A stretch of 50,322 nucleotides of DNA, filler included, from Bipalium vagum (taxonomy: Eukaryota), in assembly GCA_037834085.1 (NCBI GenBank). It is 2 parts of 2 records of this genome, joined end to end, with 100 filler letters (N's around TTAATTAATTAA, not from the genome) between each part and the next. Parts side by side here need not be neighbours in the genome. Positions count along the whole stretch, not along the records: positions 31,253 to 50,322 come from JBBMKC010011671.1; 1 more part is not named here. One strand, written 5' to 3'. Below, piece by piece: positions 42,721-50,322 of this stretch; the stretch's first letter is position 1, and the number at the start of each line of letters is the position of its first letter. The notes under the pieces are model-generated. The model made no database searches, was not told where the DNA came from, and saw only the letters and a list, made by a program, of their open reading frames with translations. A program made the position numbers and the translations under genes.

Positions 42721-42835
42721 TGATTTTGTATGTGTGTTAGTTTCACGGGAGAGTTCGTAATTCAACTCAAATTAATATATCAATTGATAAAATTTATTTT
42801 TAGCTTTCATTTATCTGAAGATACAATACTTTATA

Positions 42836-43993
42836 TCTTTGCAGACTCAAAAAAACCTGTCCAAAAGAGGATTTTAAAAAAACAGGTTATAAATTTAACA
42901 GAATTAAGTCCTATTATTAAGCACTAATAAGTTATAATAAAAATACATAAACCTTAATTCAAAAGATTTTTATCAAAATAGTCCTCTTCAGCACAAACAG
43001 TCAATCGCAGTCTTTCAGGGCATTGCATCATGATATCATTAAACCTTTTGTTGAGAAATTGAATTAACAGCCTTTCTAATGCCTGATTCCAAATTATGAT
43101 GGTGATATTTCGGGATTTAATGGTGGATGTTACTCCTAAATCAACAAACACATAACGAACAACTTTTGTCACATGAGACTTTGGAATGTCATGGATTATT
43201 GAAATTGGAAGACGTCTCCGCTGTTGCTGTAATATATGAACAGCTGGTAGAGAGATAATCTGTGGCAGTAACTATGGAAATCATTTTTGGAAATAGCAGT
43301 ATAGTACATGGTTTGGGTTATTAATGTTGAACTCATTGTCTTTGTCAATGCTATTCTAGACTGTTATGTTTTTTCCCAAGCATGAGTGCTCTGTTTGCCT
43401 CGTTTTGTGACATGTAAAACAGCCTTTTATCTAACATAATGATATGTCCACTTTGAAGAAGAATTAAATTATCCAGTACTGCTGTAATCTTGGTAACTTG
43501 TGTTTATCTATCAACCGTTTTGATACCCAACGGCAAGAGATTTTTTAAAAATCAATACGCTGAACTATGCGTATACCTCTTAAACTTTTAACAACATTAG
43601 GAAGATCATCAATAGTCATAAAATGATTATCAAAAATTACTTTTTCAACTTCATCTGCTTAATGGCCTGTCTGAATCCTTCTTACGCATAAGACCAACTC
43701 CATCAGAACAAAATTCAGTACACCACTTCTTCACATTAAAATAAGTTACCTCTGTATATGTTGAAGACACGAAATCTACAACCTGTGGTCCCTTAATATC
43801 ATTCTTGTAGCATGAAATATCGATCTTTAAGGATATTTCTTCAACTGCTTCTTCATATCTAATTCAATTAACTTAAGTAAGACTATAACAAAAAAATAAA
43901 TTAATAGAAATTATTTAAAGATAAAAATATCACAACAATTTAAACGGACGAACAAAATATATTTTGGACAGGTTATTTCTGGATCCACAAATA
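42836..43993 (-). mobile_element. Old full-length mariner element (about 1.16 kb) with degenerate TIR pair and TA flanks
   Basis: Left end TCTTTGCAGACTCAAAAAAACCTGTCCAAAA versus reverse complement of right end TATTTGTGGATCCAGAAATAACCTGTCCAAAA. Internal relics: KKWCTEF, KISCRWVSKRL, IIHDIPKSHVTKVV, HPPLNPEISP and RLRLTVCAEEDYFD. Confidence 0.78.
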
Positions 43994-44003
43994 TATTACA
44001 AAT

Positions 44004-44330
44004 TACCGTATTTTTCATATTATAATCTTAGTCCGAAAAACAGCAAGAGTATATTTATAATTATACGGGTTACTAAAGAAAATAATAAAAATTCGATGAT
44101 ATACATATTTATTCTTTAGTTAGATATTTTTTGTATTCAGAACATAACTATTTAAGATGTAAGGTCTTCCCAGGCAGAATTCGAGATAATAAAGTAGTTT
44201 CTTCAGTGTTGTTTAGCTTTTTCTATAAAATCAGATTCATTTAAGTTGAGTTTTTGGACTCCACAAATTCTATAAATTTTGTAATAACCTCATTAAAAAG
44301 GTGAATATTTACTTTAGGTGAAATGAGATA
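44004..44330 (-). mobile_element. pogo/Tigger-like fragment with CCGTA-type terminus
   Basis: TA|CCGTATTTTTC at 44004 and NTEETTLLSRILPGKTLHLK (compare NADETGLFYRLLPNKTL). Confidence 0.55.
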
Positions 44331-44956
44331 TTTTTTCGATATCTATGTTATTTATGTAATACTAATTTTTTTTGCAGAAAATATTTTTAACAAAATTTAT
44401 ATTTTGTTTATATATATTAATTTTAGAGATTTCTACGTAAATAATTAATTTAAAATCAATTTTTAAAATTTTAAAAATTATTTTATATTCAGGAAAATCA
44501 AAAATAGGAAATAGAAATATTTGAAAAATTAAATATTTTCTTACTCTTCTCTATAATATTAAAAGATGGCTAAACATTTTATGATGATTAAGCATTTTTA
44601 AAATTTCGGAAAATCATTTTACTTCACATGAGAGAATAAGTATAATTCACTTATTTTTCTAACCAATTTAAATTTAATTGGAACAAAAAAAATATTGAAA
44701 TATATTCAATAAAAAAATTGTCAAATGTCTTCGCTATTATTAAACCAACAATCATTCCACTTGGTAACCGTTAATAAAATTCATTCATCTTTCTGGCATC
44801 CAAAATTCTTAATTGGTAAATATCCGATTTCACGAAAAATAGAAGCTTTAAAATATATTTCTAGTTAAAAAATAAAAAAACTGAAGAAATAACCCATTTT
44901 GGTGTCCAATTTCATATAGAAATATTGGCGCTATGGGTTTTTCATCAAATTTCTAA

Positions 44957-45586
44957 GCTCCTCTTCTAATCAATCCAATGAAACAAAACAGTTTTATAAA
45001 TCTCATCAATAAAAACAGTCACACATTAATGCAAAATTCAAACAATCCCAACAATTACAAAACAAGCATAAGTTGATCAGCCTCAGCTGACAGAAACTAT
45101 CAAATTGTTGTCACAGAAAATATCAGTTTCATGTCACAAATGTATGAAGTTCTTGTATTTCTGGTTCAAAGCACATTTGGACAAATTTATAAAATGTTGC
45201 CGAGTGGCAATAAAAATTCTGAAAAACCACCCATCTTACTTAAGGCAGGGCGACGTTAAAATTCAAATTCTGCATCTGCTCAATCAAGAAGACAGAATAG
45301 CAGAACAATTGTGCTCGCCATTTCTAGCACAAAACCTCATTAGTCTTATGTTTCAGTTGTTGGAGCAGAACCTTTACGAGTATTTAAAACCGAATAAGTT
45401 TCGTGTGATGATGTTTCCGGATTACTCACCAGCTGATATAATTGAGGCAGTTGCATTTTATCCGATATGAAACCGCAAAACATTATAATCGTCAACCCAC
45501 CAAATAGGTCTATGTGATATGAGATGAAGGTTATTTATTTCGGATCTGTGTGTTTCACACGAAAGGCCGTCCAGAATACGTATTTG
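44957..45586 (+). pseudogene. HIPK: Homeodomain-interacting protein kinase (HIPK) kinase-domain fragment, disabled
   Basis: The translation pieced across frames reads ADRNYQIVVTENISFMSQMYEVLVFLVQSTFGQ / KCCRVAIKILKNHPSYLRQG...LMFQLLEQNLYEYLKPNKF / LSDMKPQNIIIVNPPNRSM*YEMKVIYFGSVCFTRKAVQNTYL. It matches the HIPK motifs YEVLEFLGRGTFGQ, VAIKILKNHPSYARQG, LEQNLYDFLKQNKF, HADLKPEN and KVIDFGS. Defects: two frameshifts, internal deletions, TGA at 45515, DFG changed to YFG. Confidence 0.88.
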
Positions 45587-46495
45587 GTTTTATTTATATT
45601 TGAAATGAGTGTGAGCTCTTATTTTTAAGAAGTAATTAAATCAGTTAAGATTACAATTGGTTATATAATTGGTTATTTAAATTTAATTATAATAAAACTG
45701 CTATGACGAAAATTCGAACAGATTTGTGACAATAAGTATTAAAAATAATAGTAATGATAATAATATAATTAGGATTTAATTTTTAAAATTAGGTTCTTGA
45801 ATATTTAGACGTCTGATCTTGGTCTATTTTCTTGTGAATTGGTCTTGGTGTAATGACAGGGAAATTGTTCTGTCTTTTTCTGTAAATGTTGATGGTCTTG
45901 TAATTGTTATCTTGATCGAAGTGGACCGTCTCAAGTTACTGTTTTATGACATCTATGAATTCGTTAATGATCTTGTCATTAATTCACTTGTTTGTTAATG
46001 TTTTGCGTTCGCCCTTTTTAATTTTTTGACGAAGCTTATTTTATTAAATTTTGCTTATTTTTTTATTTTAATGAAGTTATAGTTTCTATTAATAAAATGT
46101 ATTTTATTTAAATTACTATTTTTAGAAATTCTTATTATTTTCTATAAATAGTAATTTATAATATTTTTTTTACTAATTTTGTATAATTAATGCTAGAATG
46201 TTAATGATATTTTATTTTAATGACAGTTTCAATTTTACACAAATATCAAAGAAAAGTAAAATCACTAAAAAAAAGAAATGTCTGTAATTGTGAGAGGCTC
46301 TTAAATTCAAGTAAAAGATGTAACCAATCTCTATTTCCTTGTTCTGTAATTTTTTAAACATTGTATTCTAAAAAAAGATTATTGAATCTTTCTGTCAGTA
46401 GCTTTTCTTTCATTTTCAGTTGAATAATTATCTGCTTCATTATCATCACAAAATTCTCAACTGTTTTATAAAATTCAATACCGGATTTCTTTATT

Positions 46496-46814
46496 TGTTA
46501 AGATCCTAAAAAATGGGTAGATGTTAGAAGTGGAGCTTAATGTGTTTAGGTCTTAACGTGTGAAGGTTGCTTACTTTGGTATTCGTTTAACTTAATTAAA
46601 ATGATTGAGATAACGACTTGACTTTTAATACTTTTATTTTGAATAAAATAAAGTTTAAATTTACAAAGGTGTGATATCGACCTTGATTGATTTAGGAATA
46701 TTTTATTAATTATATTTATTATTTAAGAAAAATCCTCTCACTCTTAGGTTCAGAGGTCCTTGATTTAAGAATAAAAATATATCTCAAATATTATCTTTTT
46801 TAAAGACCTTAACT
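46496..46814. repeat. LTR-like repeat segment starting TGTTAAGATCC
   Basis: About 290 nt collinear with 48249-48522. Shared blocks include AAGTGGAGCTTA, GTCTTAACGT, ATACTTTTATTTTG, TTATTTAAGAAAAAT and CAGAGGTCCT. Confidence 0.7.
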
Positions 46815-47120
46815 TTAAGATACTGTTTTGGTTTTCTTTTGAAGTTAATTTGCTAATTGCTTTCTATTTTCTGATTTTAATTCTTGTAAATTTTCATTAA
46901 CAATTTTTTTTTGGAACTTTATAATGCTAAATTTAAGGCGATTAGTTTTATTAAACCTCTTTCTGCTTGATTAATTCTATTTATTGGAATGGAATCTGGT
47001 TTAGGAAGTGGGGTAATATTTAATTCACCTGTTTCATTATAATTATTTATTATTTCATATTTGATAGTTTTCTAATAGTTTATCAATATGCGATCCAGAC
47101 CAGGTAAGTTGGTACACAGT

Positions 47121-47659
47121 AAAATTTTAATATCTTTTTACTTTCATTGTTTTTTAATCTTTTATTGTATTTTATGGTGAATTTCATTTTTTTTCGAGAT
47201 GTATTTTTTACAAAATTCACAATATCATTTTGATTCATTTTCTAAGAAAATAATTTGATTAATGGATATATATGATCTAATCTTGTAGTAGAGTTGGAAT
47301 GGCTAGTAGAAATAGCGCCTAACCATTTATTTGAATTTGCTATCACTATATAAATTAAAACGAATAAAATATTAATTCATTAATATTAATTCATTAATTA
47401 AAATATTAAACTTTAGTTTAATATATTTATTTGTAACTTTCTTACAATAAAATCTGTTTTAATTAGAACTTTCAAAGATTTAGATATCTTTAGGTATAAA
47501 CTTAGTTTATTTAAAATTTCTTTAGTGTTCTTATATTCTAAATTTTAATATTTTTTTTACTTTCATTGTTTTTATCGTTGTTTTTATCATTGTTGTTTAT
47601 CTTTTGTTGTTATCTTTTATTGTATTTTATGGTGAATTTCATTTTTTTCGAGATGTATT
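47121..47659 (+). repeat. Local direct repeat pair (47121-47205 and 47540-47659)
   Basis: Both share AATTTTAATAT...TTTACTTTCATTGTTTTT...TTTATTGTATTTTATGGTGAATTTCATTTTTTTCGAGATGTATT. The second copy has extra TTGTT(T/G)TTATC-like units. Confidence 0.85.
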
Positions 47660-48248
47660 ATATAAATAAAATAATGATAGTATTCACTTAAATGAAAAAA
47701 TAAAACAAAAATGGAAACATTTTACGATTTATCTTCCGCTAAAACCCCCGAGTTATCGTCTGAGCCCTAACAGTTGCTCACCGGTAACCCGTTGATGGGG
47801 AATTTTATGCATAGTCCTAGTACTTGATATAATAAAATAAACGCTGAACTTTATTATGGTCAATAATCAAATAGTCTCCTGTGAATCGAACAATCTTCGT
47901 TTATGGATCGAATCGAATAATTTTCTTTTACACGCTTCTAGAGGGGTGAAATTTAAAATAAATAATAAAAGTGAAATAAAAAAATCCTTCTGCTTATATA
48001 CTTTTCTGAGGCTGATCTTCATTTGAAGATTATTTTTGAAATAATCTTAAAATTCTAAAATTTTGTCAAAACTCTAAATTTCCTGATGACTGTTAAAAAT
48101 TTACAAATTACCTCTTGTAGAATTCTTTAAAATAAAAATTTCTTTTTGAGGGTTGTTTTATTTTTAAAGTAATTTCATAATAAAAATATCTGGGAATTTT
48201 TAATTTGCTTTCTAATAATCAATTAACTTTTATTAATATCAATATTAA

Positions 48249-50051
48249 TGTTAAGATCCTAAAAGTTGGGTTGATGTTGAAAGTGGAGCTTATTATTCTT
48301 ATGTCTTAACGTATGAAGGTTACTTAATTTTGTGTTCGGCTATGATTATTTAAATTAACTGAGAGCACGAATCGACTTTTATACTTTTATTTTGTTCAAA
48401 ATAACTTTTGCAAATAGGTGATATCAATCTTGATTGATTTGATTAATTATATTTATTATTTAAGAAAAATTCTCTCGCTCTTATGCTCAGAGGTCCTCGA
48501 TTAAGAAGAAAAAGATATTTCACTGCCCTACTTATCGTGTGAAATATGAACAATAAAAAAAAATTAATAAGGAGCGGAAATGTGAAAAAATTAGATAATC
48601 CTCAGGTCTTGGCCTAAGTATTTACTTATTTATTATGGACAAACTGTGTCTTGTCTAACAAGACACCCCTGTTTAATTATAAAAAGGAATATGAAATATC
48701 AATGAAAATTTTTTTTTATTATTTTGTCTTATTGACAATCGATACCAGTCTTGTGAACTTTTAGTCCCAAGCTAATTTTTATTATTATTATTGTTGAACT
48801 TTTTATATCTATATATTTTATAATAATGGACTTTGTTACAGTAGTGTAACAAGTTGTAAAAAATATACTTAAATTTATTATAAAGTACGGAACTAAATAT
48901 TATTTTATTGTTATTCTAATATTAATAAGAAATACGACTATAAATGAAAACTTTGTTGCATAAAGGTAACAAGTCAATATTAAATAGATATTAATAAATA
49001 AGAAAAATTTACTTTCAATAAAAACTCAAGCATTAACAACGTAAATATTTTATTTGCTTTCTGTTACTTTTATAGTGATTTAGAGTGAGTAATAAAGTCC
49101 TGGTCGAGTAGGTTTTCTGTAATGAGTATGGGGCCTTATTTGAATTGAATTGGAATACGCCGTAGACCTTGAATGTGTTGAGTTTAGGCTTAGCTTTTAG
49201 TTGGATGAGTTGAATTTGAACAATCTGTAGGCTATGAATATTTTGAAATTGAAATCGTTTGAATTGACAGTAGTTTTTAAAAATTCGTAGGCGCTGTTCT
49301 CTAAGTTTTATCTCGTTGTTTTTCTTTTATTCTGTCTTTTGTGGTTTTTTCGCTTTCTTTTATGTTGCTCTTTTTACCTTCTTTTTTATAAATAGTAACT
49401 TTCTTTTTCTTAATAAAAATCTACTGTTCCTTTGTTTTCTATTTTTACCATCCAATATAAATCTTTTACCTATTTTTATAATTAGTATGTTATTATTATA
49501 TGTTACTTTATTATAAATCTTCCTAATTTTTTAAATATTTTACTTATAACTAACTAAATAAATAAATACTATAATCATTAATAATATATATATATATATA
49601 TATATATTGCTTTGCACTTGAACATAAACAATACTACTGTTAATGTTATTTAAATTATCTTATTATCAATACATCATTTACTATGATATTTCATATTCTC
49701 CTTATTCATTAGTTATTATTGTGTAATTACCATTTTATTATTTATTTCCTTTTTTTAAAAACAAATCAATCAAGAACGGTTTTACAATACATATATTTAT
49801 ACACTGAAAATATCAAATTATACATAAAACCAAAGAAAATGTGGTATTTTTACACAGACAGGATCAAATAAAATTGAAAGAAATACTAATCACACAAAAT
49901 GAAAAATAATGTTAATGTAATAATAAGCACAGTCTTAGGATAATAATGTTAATGTAAGAAATAAGCACAACATTAGTGATCAGTTTTTGGTTTGGTTGAT
50001 TTGAATAATTTTGCGCTTGACTAGGTGCTTGACCTGGTTGTAGTCTCCACA
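48249..50051 (-). mobile_element. 1.8-kb TG..CA insertion with TTAA target-site duplication (probable long solo LTR)
   Basis: TTAA|TGTTAAGATCC...AGTCTCCACA|TTAA. It splits a second repeat whose uninterrupted copy is at 30643-30945. Its ends recur at 46496 and 218-227. Confidence 0.62.
49583..49607. repeat. (AT)n microsatellite
   Basis: About 12 units. Similar tracts occur near 11147-11164 and 50198-50214. Confidence 0.9.
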
Positions 50052-50218
50052 TTAATAATATTATTATTAAAATTTAAACCCCTTTTCATGATTTTTTTGG
50101 CTTTATTTTCCGGATGGTTTTCTTGGGTAAACCCAACAGTATAAATAAAATTTTGAGTGTTCAGAAAAATAAAAAATTACTGTTAACTAGATTTTAAATA
50201 TATATATATATATATTTA

Positions 50219-50322
50219 TACAGTGCCGTCCATATGTTTTGGGCCCCTTGTAAATATCGAAATAATTGTAGATTACGAATTATATTAAAAGTTTTATGAT
50301 TTGAACTATGTTAATTTAGAAA
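50219..50322 (+). mobile_element. Terminus of a Tc1 element running off the window
   Basis: TA|CAGTGCCGTCCATATGTTTTGGGCC is 24/25 identical to the reverse complement of the TIR at 12901-12925. It sits beside a (TA)n tract. Confidence 0.85.

Noticed and set aside
47079-47109. Plus-strand 25-nt exon-like segment with CAG|GTAAGT
   Set aside because: Isolated, with no partner exons, and within repeat-derived sequence.
49316-49516. Hydrophobic F/L-rich ORF and the many other 60-90 aa ORFs in the track
   Set aside because: These are compositional by-products of AT-rich or repeat DNA. Many start at TTG or GTG, and they lack splice or homology support.

Overview
Very AT-rich eukaryotic (metazoan) genomic DNA with GT-AG introns, the short ones 43-65 nt. 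A planarian-type flatworm is plausible, but that is inference only. Three intact spliced genes can be reconstructed by hand. Two are a head-to-head pair of protein phosphatase 1 catalytic subunit genes: a canonical 330-aa PP1 on the minus strand (7707-3864, 5 exons) and a divergent 311-aa PP1 with no C-terminal tail on the plus strand (10007-11087, 4 exons). The two retain complementary subsets of the ancestral PP1 introns. The third is a zinc-finger gene of about 589 aa (14100-26764) in which two small 5' exons, encoding a ribbon-helix-helix-like segment, splice in phase across a 10.7-kb intron to one large exon with paired C2H2/C2HC fingers. Much of the rest, especially 28-50 kb, is decayed DNA transposons from several IS630-Tc1-mariner lineages (mariner, Tc1, maT DD37D, ITmD37E-like, rosa-like, pogo/Tigger) plus nested TG..CA LTR-like repeats. 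That region also holds a HIPK kinase pseudogene fragment, an unexplained cluster of candidate micro-exons at 37.4-37.7 kb, and an artificial assembly linker at 31153-31252. Family assignments rest on recalled motifs, not database searches.
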